Notes: a model not told the origin generated them from the letters alone. 64,000 nt of DNA from Silvibacterium sp. (GCA_036273415.1 DASUHR010000001.1:167496-231495); one strand, 5' to 3'. Shown: positions 53,198 through 62,826, counted from the stretch's first letter. Numbers and translations: made by a program.

Positions 53198-54364
53198 TTA
53201 CTGATTAAAATTGCCTCTCCCCCGGCTCATTGCAGCATCGGCTGCCACGCAGATGACGATACCGCCCAGCGCGCCCAGGGGAGCCCAGAACGCCTCGCGC
53301 AGGCCGCCTCCATACTGTGAAACCACCCCCGTAATCCACGGAACCACCGCCCCGCCCGATCCACAGATCGCGAAAATCCATCCCGCGTGCCGCGTTCGCC
53401 CGGTCCGGCTCAGCATCCGCGCCACCAGCAAAGGAAACACCGGCGCAAATCCCAACCCCGCCACTACGACCAGGGCAATCGTCGCCGCCGGCGCATGCGG
53501 CAACAGCAGCGTCGCAACACCGGCCATTGCCACCGCCAGTCCGCTCATCAATACCACTCGTTCCGCAAATACGCGCAGCAGCAGAACCACCGCCACCCGG
53601 CCCGCCACCACCGCCAGCCAGAACGCCGAGGCAAACAGGCTCGCCTGCTCCACATTTAGGCCGCCAAGCCGATGCGCATACGTTGCGATCCATCCCGCGA
53701 CCGCCGTCTCCGCGCCCACATACAAGAACAGCACCGCACTGAACAGCAGAAACACTCCCAAATCAAAACGCGTCCCTGAATCCAGTCCGCTGCGTTCGCG
53801 CAAATCATCTCCGCCCTGCGGCCGCCGCAAAAACGGCGCGAAAGCCGCAAGCAATATCAGCGCGCACGCCGCCAGCAGCAGCAGAAAAATCCGCAGCGCG
53901 CCTTCCCGCACAGCCAGAGCCACCAGGCCTGCCGCCAGCACCGCGCCCGCGCCCCAGCACAGATTCACCGCTGTCAACAGCGCGCCGCGCCGCTCCGGAT
54001 ACTCCGTCCCAAAGATCAGGTTTGTCGCGCTCACCGCCGCGCCCAGCCCCGCCCCTATCAGCCCAAACGCCAGCAGAGCCGCGCCGTAATGCGCGCTCGC
54101 CAGCAGCGCCATGCCTGCGGCGATTGCCGCAAACCCCAGCGCCACACTTCGCCGCGGAGAGTACGAAGAAACAATCGCGCCGAGCGTCGAAGCCGCAAAC
54201 TGTGCGGCAAACAGCCATCCGCCTTGGGTGTCGCTCAGCGACCACCGCGCGCTCAACACCGGAAGCACTGGCCCCAGCAGGCACGTAGCCAGCCCGCTCA
54301 GCGCCAGCCCGAAATAAAAGGGCATCGCCGGCAGCGACTCAAACCTTCGCCCCTGCGCAGGCAT
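53198..54364 (-). CDS. MFS transporter
   Basis: About 12 hydrophobic segments of Gly/Ala/Leu-rich composition. It sits between LacI and GH1. An alternative start exists at 54325. Confidence 0.75.
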   Translation of the reverse strand: MPAQGRRFESLPAMPFYFGLALSGLATCLLGPVLPVLSARWSLSDTQGGWLFAAQFAASTLGAIVSSYSPRRSVALGFAAIAAGMALLASAHYGAALLAFGLIGAGLGAAVSATNLIFGTEYPERRGALLTAVNLCWGAGAVLAAGLVALAVREGALRIFLLLLAACALILLAAFAPFLRRPQGGDDLRERSGLDSGTRFDLGVFLLFSAVLFLYVGAETAVAGWIATYAHRLGGLNVEQASLFASAFWLAVVAGRVAVVLLLRVFAERVVLMSGLAVAMAGVATLLLPHAPAATIALVVVAGLGFAPVFPLLVARMLSRTGRTRHAGWIFAICGSGGAVVPWITGVVSQYGGGLREAFWAPLGALGGIVICVAADAAMSRGRGNFNQ

Positions 54365-54368
54365 CGCC

Positions 54369-55451
54369 TCAGCCGTGGCGCGCCGTCCGCTTCGGATTTG
54401 GCGGCATCGTCGACTCGCGAATAATCAGCTCCGGAACAATCGCCACCTGCTCCGGATAATCCTTCTTCCCGCGCAGCCGGTCGAGCAAAATCTTTGCCGA
54501 CGTCGTTCCCATGTTGTGTAGGGGCTGGCGTATCGTCGTCAAACTGGGATTGTGAAACGCCGCGCCCTGAATATCGTCGAAGCCCACCACCGATACATCC
54601 TCCGGCACGCGAATATTCTTGTCGCGGAATGCGCGAATCGCCCCGATCGCCGCAATGTCATTGAACGAAACCAGCGCTGTGAAGGGACGCTTCTGCGCCA
54701 GCAACTGCTGCACCACTGGATACCCCAGCTCCGGTGACGAAAGATTCTGCTCCAGCTGAATCACCAGCTCCGGCTGCACGTGCAGCCCAAGCTCCTTCGC
54801 CACGCCCATAAAACTCTGCCAGCGATCCTCCGAGTCGGAGCTGAATGTCTGCCCCCGCATAAACGCAATTTGCCTGTGCCCAAGCTGGTAAAGATGCCGC
54901 AGCGCCAGTTCCGCCGCCCGCCTGTGGTCCAGCAGAATGCTGGTCACGCCTTCGATTTTCCTGTGCCCTGAAACCGCCACCACCGGCAGCGGCAGCGGGT
55001 GCTGCAGTGCGGTGTCGATCGCAATAAATCCTTCCACCGACCGGTCCATCAGCAGCCGCGGATACTCCTCAATCAGGTCTGCCTTGCGACGATGGCTCGC
55101 CGTCAGGTAGAAATACCCCTCCTCGATCAGCACCTCCTCGATGCCGTTCACCACCAGCACCGAGTAGCCGTCGCTCAACTCTGGAACCAGCACGCCGACG
55201 GAAAAACTCTGCCGCCGCCGCAGCGACCGAGCATAAAAACTTGGCCGATAGTCAAACTTCTTTGCCGCCGCCAGCACCCGGTCGCGCGTCTCCTGCGGAA
55301 TCGACCGTACCCCCGGGGCATTGTTCAGCACCAGCGAAATCGTTGCCGGCGAAAGATCAAGATAATCGCCAAGCACCTTCAAACTGATTGGCCGCCCCGG
55401 CAGAAACGGACTCGGCTCCGTCCCGGAATTCACTTCTTTCCGTCTAGGCAT
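54369..55451 (-). CDS. LacI family transcriptional regulator
   Basis: An HTH (LKVLGDYLDLSPATISLVLNNAPGVRSIPQETRDRVLAAAKKFDYRPS) plus a periplasmic-binding-fold domain. ATG 55451 was chosen. Confidence 0.85.
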   Translation of the reverse strand: MPRRKEVNSGTEPSPFLPGRPISLKVLGDYLDLSPATISLVLNNAPGVRSIPQETRDRVLAAAKKFDYRPSFYARSLRRRQSFSVGVLVPELSDGYSVLVVNGIEEVLIEEGYFYLTASHRRKADLIEEYPRLLMDRSVEGFIAIDTALQHPLPLPVVAVSGHRKIEGVTSILLDHRRAAELALRHLYQLGHRQIAFMRGQTFSSDSEDRWQSFMGVAKELGLHVQPELVIQLEQNLSSPELGYPVVQQLLAQKRPFTALVSFNDIAAIGAIRAFRDKNIRVPEDVSVVGFDDIQGAAFHNPSLTTIRQPLHNMGTTSAKILLDRLRGKKDYPEQVAIVPELIIRESTMPPNPKRTARHG

Positions 55452-55563
55452 AACAGCCTTTGTAGCCCCTGCGCGCAAAATGCACAACTCAAAAAATTCG
55501 GCGCGCAATCCAGCAATTGAATTCGCCCAAAAGCATCGGTACTCCGGTCTGGGGAGTACATTC

Positions 55564-56307
55564 ATGTGCATGGGGCGGTCATTTTTGCGACTACTGGTGT
55601 TCGTCGTCACTTTCTTTGTAGGCAGCACTGGTTGTCTGTGTTCGCAGAACACAGCTTCGCGTGAATGCAGGGCGCCGATGGAATTTGCTCCGCTGCTCGT
55701 CAATAACGCTGGCTCGACGGTCACATTCAAATGCGCTCATGCCACTCCCCTGGATTTAATTCGCGCTACCGGTCAGCAGACCCGGTTTCCAATAGGCGTC
55801 GTGCTGGGAGAAGACCTCGACGCGCTCTCGAAACCTGTGCGCTCCTACGACCTGGAAAACGTCAACGCAAGAGATGCATTGCTGGAAGCGATTCAAGGAA
55901 CCACCTTCTCACTCAGGGAAGAAAATCATGTGGCAATTTTGTTTGGTGGAGATATAACGAGGCGGCAGCAGCAGCTGCTAATGCATCGATATGCGTACTT
56001 CAACCCTTCGCAAGGCGCGACAACCGTGGAATTGGGAGCTTACCTGAACGAATGGATGTGGGCCGCGATTAATCCAGCGCAAGGTTCTTTAAGTAGCATC
56101 GGGGGATCGCTGAACGATGAGCGATTCACATTGACGCCTATGAAGGAAGCAACCACTGAGGAGATCGCGAATAGGATTGTCTCTCTGGGCTCAAAGGGAA
56201 TGTGGATATTTCGAGTAGCGGCATTTCACCCCACGGACGCCTCGGCCGATCAAATTGAGGTCGAGTCATATCAACATTATTCGAATCGGCCGTACATTGA
56301 GCATTGA
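55564..56307 (+). CDS. Hypothetical secreted protein or lipoprotein
   Basis: A signal-like N-terminus (FLRLLVFVVTFFVGSTGC). GC is visibly lower than the surroundings. I recognised no motifs. Confidence 0.45.
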   Translation: MCMGRSFLRLLVFVVTFFVGSTGCLCSQNTASRECRAPMEFAPLLVNNAGSTVTFKCAHATPLDLIRATGQQTRFPIGVVLGEDLDALSKPVRSYDLENVNARDALLEAIQGTTFSLREENHVAILFGGDITRRQQQLLMHRYAYFNPSQGATTVELGAYLNEWMWAAINPAQGSLSSIGGSLNDERFTLTPMKEATTEEIANRIVSLGSKGMWIFRVAAFHPTDASADQIEVESYQHYSNRPYIEH

Positions 56308-56380
56308 ACTGGCGAATTCCCGGATGGGACTAGCGCGTACCCTTTAGACGGACGGGAAATGCACACCCAAAAGTCCTCCC

Positions 56381-59074
56381 CTATTCAGCGCGGAGGGCCT
56401 CGACCGGGTTGACTTGCGCTGCGCGGCGGGCGGGCAGGTATGCCGCGACGGCCCCGCTTGCCAGCAGCACAAGAGCCACAGCGGCGAGCGTCCATGCATC
56501 GTGGGCGGAGACGCCGTAAAGATAGCTGCGGATGAAGCGAGTAGAGACGAAGGCGAGCACCAGTCCAAGAGCGACTCCAGTGATCACAAGCGTCCCGGCG
56601 TGGCGCAGGATCAGCCAGATGACGTCTTCACGCTGCGCCCCCAGCGCGAAGCGAACGCCCATTTCGCGGGTGCGCTGGCTCACAACATAAGCGAGCAGGC
56701 CATAAAGTCCGGCAACGCATAGCAGCAGAGCACATCCGGCAAAGATCTCCAGCAGCCTCGCGGCCAGCATCTGGCTGCCGTAAGAGTCCTCGACGATCTG
56801 GTCCATGGTGGTCATGTTTGAGTTCGCCAGCTCTGGGCTCGCTTGGCGAAGCGCGGCGCGGATCTCGGGAATCGCCACGCTGAGCGGCCGCTGCGTGCGC
56901 ACCGCCAGGTCCATGGCGATCCCTTCGAGCACGGTGTAAAAGCCGCTGGTTGGGGTGATTTGAGGCAGGTTCACTTCGATCTCAGGCGTAGCGGCCTGAC
57001 TGACGGAGGCCTGACGGAAATCATCGAGAATTCCGATGATGGTTCCGGATTTACTTTCCTTGCCCTTACCCAATTTTATGAGTTGCATACCGAGAACTTT
57101 GCTGAGGTTCTGCTGGTCGGGCGCATAGGCCCGTGCGAAAGCCTGATTGACAACGACAACAGGATCACTGGAGGCTGTGTCCTGCGCGTTGAAGTATCGC
57201 CCGGCTAGCATGTGAAAACCAAAAACGGATTGGAGATTGGGACTGACCGCTTTGAAGTTGGACTGGACGGTGGAATGGCCCGACTTGGCATCGCCATAAA
57301 GGGAGAGCGTCATTCTGAACGTATGGCCAAGTGGAACCTCCGTCATGAGGCCAGCGCCGTCGATTCCGGGCATGTGCTGAATGCGCTCAAGCAAGGGTTC
57401 GTAAAGGTCGGAGTCCGCATTGATACGGGTGAAGCGGTAGGTCGGAATTTGGAGATTGGCGACGATGATGTGATCGGTGCGGAACCCGAGCGGGACATGG
57501 CGGAGCGCATAAATGGTGCGCAGAAGGAGCCCGCAGGCGGCAAGCAGCGTCAGGGACATTGCAATTTCAGCGATCACAAGACCGCCGCGCAGGCGGTGAT
57601 GCGCGCGTGACGTTCCACTCTGCTGGCCGCCTTGGCGAAGTCCAGGTTCGATGGGAGCGTGTGACGCGATCCATGCCGGCCATGCCGCTGCAAGTACTGC
57701 CGAGACGAGCGTAAGAACAATGAGACCGGCGAGCACGGGAAGATTAAGTAAGACCGGAACGTCAAAGGGCAGATGGCTTTTAAGCGCATGATGAAAGAGC
57801 AAAATCAGCGCCGACCCCATCCCCGCTCCTATAAGTGCGGCGGTGCCGCTCAATAGGAAGCCTTCCACGATAAGCTGCTGTGTGACGCGCCAGCGGCTGG
57901 CGCCCAGGGCGCTGCGCATCGCCGTTTCGCGCTGGCGGGCCATGGCCCGGGCGAGCAGCAGGTTTGTGGCATTCACACATGCAATCAGCCAGAGTAGGAG
58001 GGCCGCGGAGAGCAGAGCGTAAAGCGCGCGTGCGGTAGATTGTTCCACGAGACCTGCGGAATAGGGTGCCATCTGCACGTGGCTGGCGAAGGAACGCGCA
58101 TCGGGGTCGGTGTAGTTTTGCACGATGCGCTTTTGCAAAATGTTGAGTTCGGCCAGCGCGCTCGCCAGCTTTACACCGGGCCGAAGACGTGCGATTACGC
58201 TATACATGGATGAGTCACTCTTGCGGACCTGATCTTTTTGGCTGAGCAGGAGTGGCGACCACGCCTCGGGTGCATGTGAGTCGTAAGGGAAGTTGAAACC
58301 CCGCGGCATAACTCCGGCGACGGTATAGGGCTGGTCGTTGACCTCGACGGACTTCCCAACGATGTTGCGATCGGCGGCGAAAATCGTACGCCATGCAGTG
58401 TCACTGAGAACAATGGTGTTGGCGGCTGCAGATTTCGCAAAGCTTTCCGGCGCCCGGGGAAGTCCCGGGCCGAGTTGCGGTCCGACTGCGAGCGCCTGAA
58501 AAAAGTTTGAACTCACGTGGACAAAGGAGATTTCCGTAGATGCGGTGGTGCCTCCGAGGAAGCTGCGGCCAGTGCTAAATGTGTAGTAGGCGATCTGGGC
58601 GAAACTTTTCGATTGACTTCGCCATGCGGCCAGATCGAGATAGGGAACGCCGTACCAGAATGCATTGCCGCCTGGTTCGCCTTCACTTACATCTACAAGC
58701 TGCGACGGATGTGGGTAGGGCAATGGCCGCAGCAGCACGCGATCAACCACAGTAAACATCGCCGTAGCCGCGCCAATCCCCAGAGCCAGAGTCCCAACCA
58801 CGGCGGCAGCGAACCCGGGTGATCTGCGCATCTGGCGCGCCGCATAGCGCAGATCCTGCAGGAGCCGCTCCAGCCACAGCCATCCCCAGCTCTCGCGGGT
58901 CACGTCTTTCACGAGCGCCGCATTTCCGAATTCGCGCCGGGCTTCCTGCTCGGCCGTCTCCGCATCGGCTCCTCGGTCGCGCTTTTCGGCGGCGGCCATC
59001 GCAAGATGTGCTGTGATCTCTTCGTCTAGCTCGGATTTCTTATCATCTGCGCGAAATAGCTTCGAGAAACGCAT
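56381..59074 (-). CDS. ADOP-type duplicated MacB-like permease 3
   Basis: LQDLRYAARQMRRSPGFAAAVVGTLALGIGAATAMF, with two FtsX signatures (RETAMRSALGA and REMGVRFALGA). ATG 59074 was chosen; the upstream part of the 1026-aa ORF is an out-of-frame shadow of PadR. Confidence 0.9.
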   Translation of the reverse strand: MRFSKLFRADDKKSELDEEITAHLAMAAAEKRDRGADAETAEQEARREFGNAALVKDVTRESWGWLWLERLLQDLRYAARQMRRSPGFAAAVVGTLALGIGAATAMFTVVDRVLLRPLPYPHPSQLVDVSEGEPGGNAFWYGVPYLDLAAWRSQSKSFAQIAYYTFSTGRSFLGGTTASTEISFVHVSSNFFQALAVGPQLGPGLPRAPESFAKSAAANTIVLSDTAWRTIFAADRNIVGKSVEVNDQPYTVAGVMPRGFNFPYDSHAPEAWSPLLLSQKDQVRKSDSSMYSVIARLRPGVKLASALAELNILQKRIVQNYTDPDARSFASHVQMAPYSAGLVEQSTARALYALLSAALLLWLIACVNATNLLLARAMARQRETAMRSALGASRWRVTQQLIVEGFLLSGTAALIGAGMGSALILLFHHALKSHLPFDVPVLLNLPVLAGLIVLTLVSAVLAAAWPAWIASHAPIEPGLRQGGQQSGTSRAHHRLRGGLVIAEIAMSLTLLAACGLLLRTIYALRHVPLGFRTDHIIVANLQIPTYRFTRINADSDLYEPLLERIQHMPGIDGAGLMTEVPLGHTFRMTLSLYGDAKSGHSTVQSNFKAVSPNLQSVFGFHMLAGRYFNAQDTASSDPVVVVNQAFARAYAPDQQNLSKVLGMQLIKLGKGKESKSGTIIGILDDFRQASVSQAATPEIEVNLPQITPTSGFYTVLEGIAMDLAVRTQRPLSVAIPEIRAALRQASPELANSNMTTMDQIVEDSYGSQMLAARLLEIFAGCALLLCVAGLYGLLAYVVSQRTREMGVRFALGAQREDVIWLILRHAGTLVITGVALGLVLAFVSTRFIRSYLYGVSAHDAWTLAAVALVLLASGAVAAYLPARRAAQVNPVEALRAE

Positions 59075-59093
59075 GGCGGTGCTCCTTCGCCTT

Positions 59094-59450
59094 TCAGTTT
59101 TCCATCTGCGGATTGAGGACTCCGCCAATAGCGCCCACCATCGCTTCCCACTTGGTGCGCCCAAGCGCGAGCTGCTTTCGGCCCTCTTTGGTGAGCTTGT
59201 AGAATTTGGCGCGCTGGTTCTGGTCGGTGGTTCGCCATTCGCTGGCAATCCACTTCTGGCGCTCCATGCGGTGCAGCGCGGGATAAAGCGATCCAGTTTC
59301 GACTTGGAGAATTTCTCCCGAGCGGGCGCGGATGGCCTGACTAATTGCATAACCATGCTGCGCCCCCCAACGGAGAGTTTCGAGAATAAGCAGATCGAGC
59401 GTGCCTTGCAGCAGCTCAATTTTGTTGCGATAGTCTTCGCGCTGAGCCAT
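59094..59450 (-). CDS. PadR family transcriptional regulator
   Basis: GTLDLLILETLRWGAQHGYAI...TGSLYPALHRMERQKWI...KFYKLTKEGRKQL. It lies 19 nt upstream of ADOP 3. Confidence 0.9.
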   Translation of the reverse strand: MAQREDYRNKIELLQGTLDLLILETLRWGAQHGYAISQAIRARSGEILQVETGSLYPALHRMERQKWIASEWRTTDQNQRAKFYKLTKEGRKQLALGRTKWEAMVGAIGGVLNPQMEN

Positions 59451-59455
59451 GATGC

Positions 59456-59488
59456 AGACAATCTACATCCTGTGGCTGTAGATTGTCT
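59456..59488. promoter_or_regulatory. Perfect 12-bp inverted repeat, candidate PadR operator
   Basis: AGACAATCTACA-tcctgtggc-TGTAGATTGTCT, located 6-38 nt upstream of the PadR ATG. Confidence 0.5.
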
Positions 59489-59516
59489 ACTGCGTAGGAA
59501 GCTGCCCTAATCGCGA

Positions 59517-59543
59517 ATAGAAAAGGCCTCCGCGTCGGAGGCC
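59517..59543 (-). terminator. Rho-independent terminator after the pirin gene
   Basis: On the minus strand the stem is GGCCTCCG-acg-CGGAGGCC, followed by TTTTCT. Confidence 0.6.
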
Positions 59544-59594
59544 CTCCTTGCACCCAAATCCAGCTACAACAAATTCCGGTGAGCAGTCAAAGGA

Positions 59595-60479
59595 TTAGCC
59601 CAGTCTACCCATCTTCCCTCTGCGATAATCCTCGACCGCCTGCGCCAACTCCTCCCGCGTGTTCATCACAAACGGACCGTAGCTCGCCACCGGCTCGTCG
59701 ATAGGTTCGCCGCTCAGCACCAGCAGCGTCGAATCCTCGCTCGCGTCCACGCTCACTGCCTCGCCTTCGCGATCCAGCACCGCAATCAGCGCCTCGCCCT
59801 CCAGCGGAGTCGCCCCATTCAGCCTCACGCTTCCCTTCAGCAAAACCACCGCCGCATTCTGTCCTGCAGGCAATGCTAGCTCGAACCGCTCTCCCGCCTT
59901 CGCACGCACATCAAACAGATCCACTGGAGTAAACGTCTTCGCCGGCCCGCGCACCCCGTTCAGCTCGCCCGCAATCACCCGTGCGTAGCTGCCCGCCCCA
60001 AGCTTCACCGAAGGAATCTGCTCCTTCGTAATCGCCTGGTATCGCGGAGCAGACATCTTCTGCGCCGCTGGCAGATTCACCCAGAGTTGCACCATCTCGA
60101 ACACGCCGCCCTTTTCCGCGAACGCACGCTCGTGCTTCTCCTCATGCACCACGCCGCTGGCCGCCGTCATCCACTGCACATCTCCCGGGAAAATCGTCCC
60201 CGCATTGCCCGCCGAGTCGCGATGATCCACCGCGCCCTGGTACGCAATCGTCACCGTCTCAAATCCGCGGTGCGGATGCTCTCCCACTCCCTGCCGCTGC
60301 TGCGTCGGCTTGAATTCCAGCGGCCCCGCATAGTCCAGCATCAAAAACGGATTCACCTGCGCATCAATCCCATTCGAAGGAAAAAGGTTCCGCACCGGAA
60401 ACCCGTCCCCCACCCAATGGTTCGATCCCGCTCCCCGGACCTCCACTACAGCCTTGGTCCTCACATCAGTCGTATTCAT
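59595..60479 (-). CDS. Pirin family protein
   Basis: The cupin motif HPHRGFETVTI..G....DS.GN.G....GDVQWMTA..G..H.E is present, and the protein has the bicupin length. Confidence 0.9.
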   Translation of the reverse strand: MNTTDVRTKAVVEVRGAGSNHWVGDGFPVRNLFPSNGIDAQVNPFLMLDYAGPLEFKPTQQRQGVGEHPHRGFETVTIAYQGAVDHRDSAGNAGTIFPGDVQWMTAASGVVHEEKHERAFAEKGGVFEMVQLWVNLPAAQKMSAPRYQAITKEQIPSVKLGAGSYARVIAGELNGVRGPAKTFTPVDLFDVRAKAGERFELALPAGQNAAVVLLKGSVRLNGATPLEGEALIAVLDREGEAVSVDASEDSTLLVLSGEPIDEPVASYGPFVMNTREELAQAVEDYRRGKMGRLG

Positions 60480-60712
60480 ATATATAGATCCTCGTTTCGT
60501 CGGCTATAAAGATGCGGAATTACTTGAAAAGATTCGGCCGCGCTGCCCCCGAACCCTTCGCAGAAACCACCGCAAAGCGCATATCGCCGCCTGCCCTGCC
60601 GTTGTCCATTTCCGGACACCAAATTCCAAAAACGGTCACTTCCAGCCCCGCCCGTGCCCGCCTTCCTGCGTTCAACCATCATTTTTACATATACTTAACG
60701 CACGAACCCGCT

Positions 60713-60728
60713 TGGCAGAGCACTTGCA
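60713..60728 (+). promoter_or_regulatory. Sigma54 (-24/-12) type promoter motif upstream of the adaptor/ATPase/TolC operon
   Basis: TGGCAG-agcac-TTGCA has one mismatch to the consensus. It ends 14 nt before ATG 60743, which has no Shine-Dalgarno motif. Confidence 0.4.
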
Positions 60729-60742
60729 ACAATAGAACCGTA

Positions 60743-62008
60743 ATGGACATAACCCGGCCCGACATTAAGAAGAAGAAACTTCGCCGCAACATAATATGGG
60801 GAGCCGTCGCGGTCGTTGTCCTGGCCGGCGCCGCCGTCGGCGTCTACCGCCTCAAGCCTGCCATTCCCACGGTCGACGCAAGCACCGTCTGGCCTGATAC
60901 CGTTAAGCGCGGCAACATGGTCCGTCAGGTCCGCGGCCTCGGCACCCTGGTTCCCCGCGAAGATTCCATCGAGCTCATCCCCGCGCAGACTGACGCCACC
61001 ATCGTCCGCATTCGCGTTCTCCCCGGCTCAAAGGTCACGCCCGATACCGTCCTCATGGACCTCGCCGACCCACAACTCCAACAGGAGTTGCTCACCGCGC
61101 AGTTGCAGCTCAAGCAGGCCGAGGCCGACTACAAGAGCCAGCAGGCCACCCTGCAAAGCACGCTGATGGACAAAAAGACCGCTGCCGCCGAAGTCAACGC
61201 CAACTACGCCCAGGACCAGCTTCAGGCCCAAACCGACAAGCAGCTCTACGACCTCGGCGTCATGTCCGGCATCGCTTACGCCAAATCCAAGGGCACCGCC
61301 GACCAGCTCACTACGCAGCACCAGCTCAGCCAGCAGCAGCTTGACGTCAACCAGCAGGCCATCGAGGTGCAGTTAGCCTCTTCGCAGACCAAAATCGATC
61401 AGGCCAAGGCCCTCCTCGACCTCTATCAAAAGCAGAAGGACGCCCTTCAGGTCCGGGCCGGCATCTCTGGCGTTCTTAACCCGCTCGCCACTCCGCTCCA
61501 GGTCGGCCAGCATGTCACCGCCGGCACATCTCTGGCCGAAGTCGTCGAGCCGGACAAGCTCAAGGCTGCCCTGCAGATCGCCGAAACCCAGGCGCACGAC
61601 ATCGAGCTCGGCCAGCCCGCCGAAGTTGACACCCACAACGGCATCGTTCCCGGCCACGTCACCAGAATTGATCCTGCGGTAGTGAACGGAACCCGCACCG
61701 TTGACGTAACACTCGATGGAGCCCTGCCCTCGGGCGCGGTTCCGCAGTTGAGCGTAGACGGCACCATCGACCTCCAGCGCCTGCAAGATGTGCTGTACGT
61801 CGGCCGTCCCGCCTTCGGCAATGAAAATTCGACCATCAGCCTGTTCCGCTACGACCCCGACGGCAAAACCGCCACCAGGGTCCAGGTTCAGGTGGGCAGA
61901 GCATCGGTTACGCAGATTCAAATCCTCGGCGGACTGAAAGAAGGCGACCGCGTCATTCTTTCCGACATGTCGAGATATGACAACACGGACAAAGTCCGTC
62001 TCGAATAA
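60743..62008 (+). CDS. Periplasmic adaptor (HlyD/MacA-type membrane fusion protein)
   Basis: An N-terminal TM anchor is followed by a long coiled-coil region (LTAQLQLKQAEADYKSQQATLQS...) and a beta-barrel/MP domain. ATG 60743 was chosen. Confidence 0.85.
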   Translation: MDITRPDIKKKKLRRNIIWGAVAVVVLAGAAVGVYRLKPAIPTVDASTVWPDTVKRGNMVRQVRGLGTLVPREDSIELIPAQTDATIVRIRVLPGSKVTPDTVLMDLADPQLQQELLTAQLQLKQAEADYKSQQATLQSTLMDKKTAAAEVNANYAQDQLQAQTDKQLYDLGVMSGIAYAKSKGTADQLTTQHQLSQQQLDVNQQAIEVQLASSQTKIDQAKALLDLYQKQKDALQVRAGISGVLNPLATPLQVGQHVTAGTSLAEVVEPDKLKAALQIAETQAHDIELGQPAEVDTHNGIVPGHVTRIDPAVVNGTRTVDVTLDGALPSGAVPQLSVDGTIDLQRLQDVLYVGRPAFGNENSTISLFRYDPDGKTATRVQVQVGRASVTQIQILGGLKEGDRVILSDMSRYDNTDKVRLE

Positions 62009-62031
62009 CGCAGCACCAGGAGGGCATGTAT

Positions 62032-62751
62032 ATGGAAACAAGACAATCGCTGATTGAGATTGAGGGCCTCACCAAGGTCTTCTACACCGACGAGATCGAG
62101 ACCCACGCGCTCTCCGGCATCCATCTCACCATCTCTAAAGGTGAGTACGTCGCTATGTCCGGCCCTTCAGGCTGCGGCAAGTCGACGCTGCTCTCCATCG
62201 TCGGCCTGCTCGACACGCCCACCTCAGGCAAGTACCTGCTCAACGGCCACGCCGTCGAAAACCTGAACTTCGCCCAGCGCTCGCGCATCCGCAATCAGGA
62301 AATTGGATTCATCTTCCAGAGCTTCAACCTCATCGGCGACCTCACCGTCTACGAGAACGTCGAGCTGCCGCTCACGTATCGCACCGGCATGTCGTCGGTC
62401 GAGCGCAAGCGCCGGGTTCAGGAATCGCTCGAGCGCGTCAGCATGGCGCACCGTATGAAGCACTACCCCTCGCAGCTCTCAGGCGGTCAGCAGCAGCGCG
62501 TCGCCGTGGCCCGCGCCCTCGCCGGCTCGCCCTCCATTCTGCTCGCCGACGAGCCTACCGGAAACCTCGACTCACGCAACGGCGAAGCCGTGATGGAGCT
62601 GCTCCAGAACCTGCACCGTGAAGGCGCAACCATCTGCATGGTGACGCACGACCCCCGCTTCGCCCGCCACGCCGAGCGCCAGGTCCACCTCTTCGACGGC
62701 AAAGTTGTCGCCGAAGGAGACGCCCTCGAACAGGTGCTCGAGTCGAGATAA
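62032..62751 (+). CDS. ABC transporter ATP-binding protein (MacB/LolD-type NBD), copy 1
   Basis: Walker A GPSGCGKST, signature LSGGQQQRV, Walker B ILLADEPTGNLD, H-loop VTHD. AGGAGG lies 8 nt before ATG 62032; the ORF-track start is 62026. Confidence 0.9.
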   Translation: METRQSLIEIEGLTKVFYTDEIETHALSGIHLTISKGEYVAMSGPSGCGKSTLLSIVGLLDTPTSGKYLLNGHAVENLNFAQRSRIRNQEIGFIFQSFNLIGDLTVYENVELPLTYRTGMSSVERKRRVQESLERVSMAHRMKHYPSQLSGGQQQRVAVARALAGSPSILLADEPTGNLDSRNGEAVMELLQNLHREGATICMVTHDPRFARHAERQVHLFDGKVVAEGDALEQVLESR

Positions 62752-62826
62752 AAGAGCCGTTGCCGTTGCCGGTCCCCAGTCGTTGGTCAACTCTTGGTTG
62801 GCTGAACGAACTCCTCTGCCCGAATA

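Noticed and set aside
56381-59461. A 1026-aa ORF suggesting a giant fused PadR-region/permease protein.
   Set aside because: The first 129 residues are a low-complexity out-of-frame shadow of the PadR gene (59094-59450, a different frame). The recognisable ADOP N-terminus begins at Met 59074, directly after the PadR stop.
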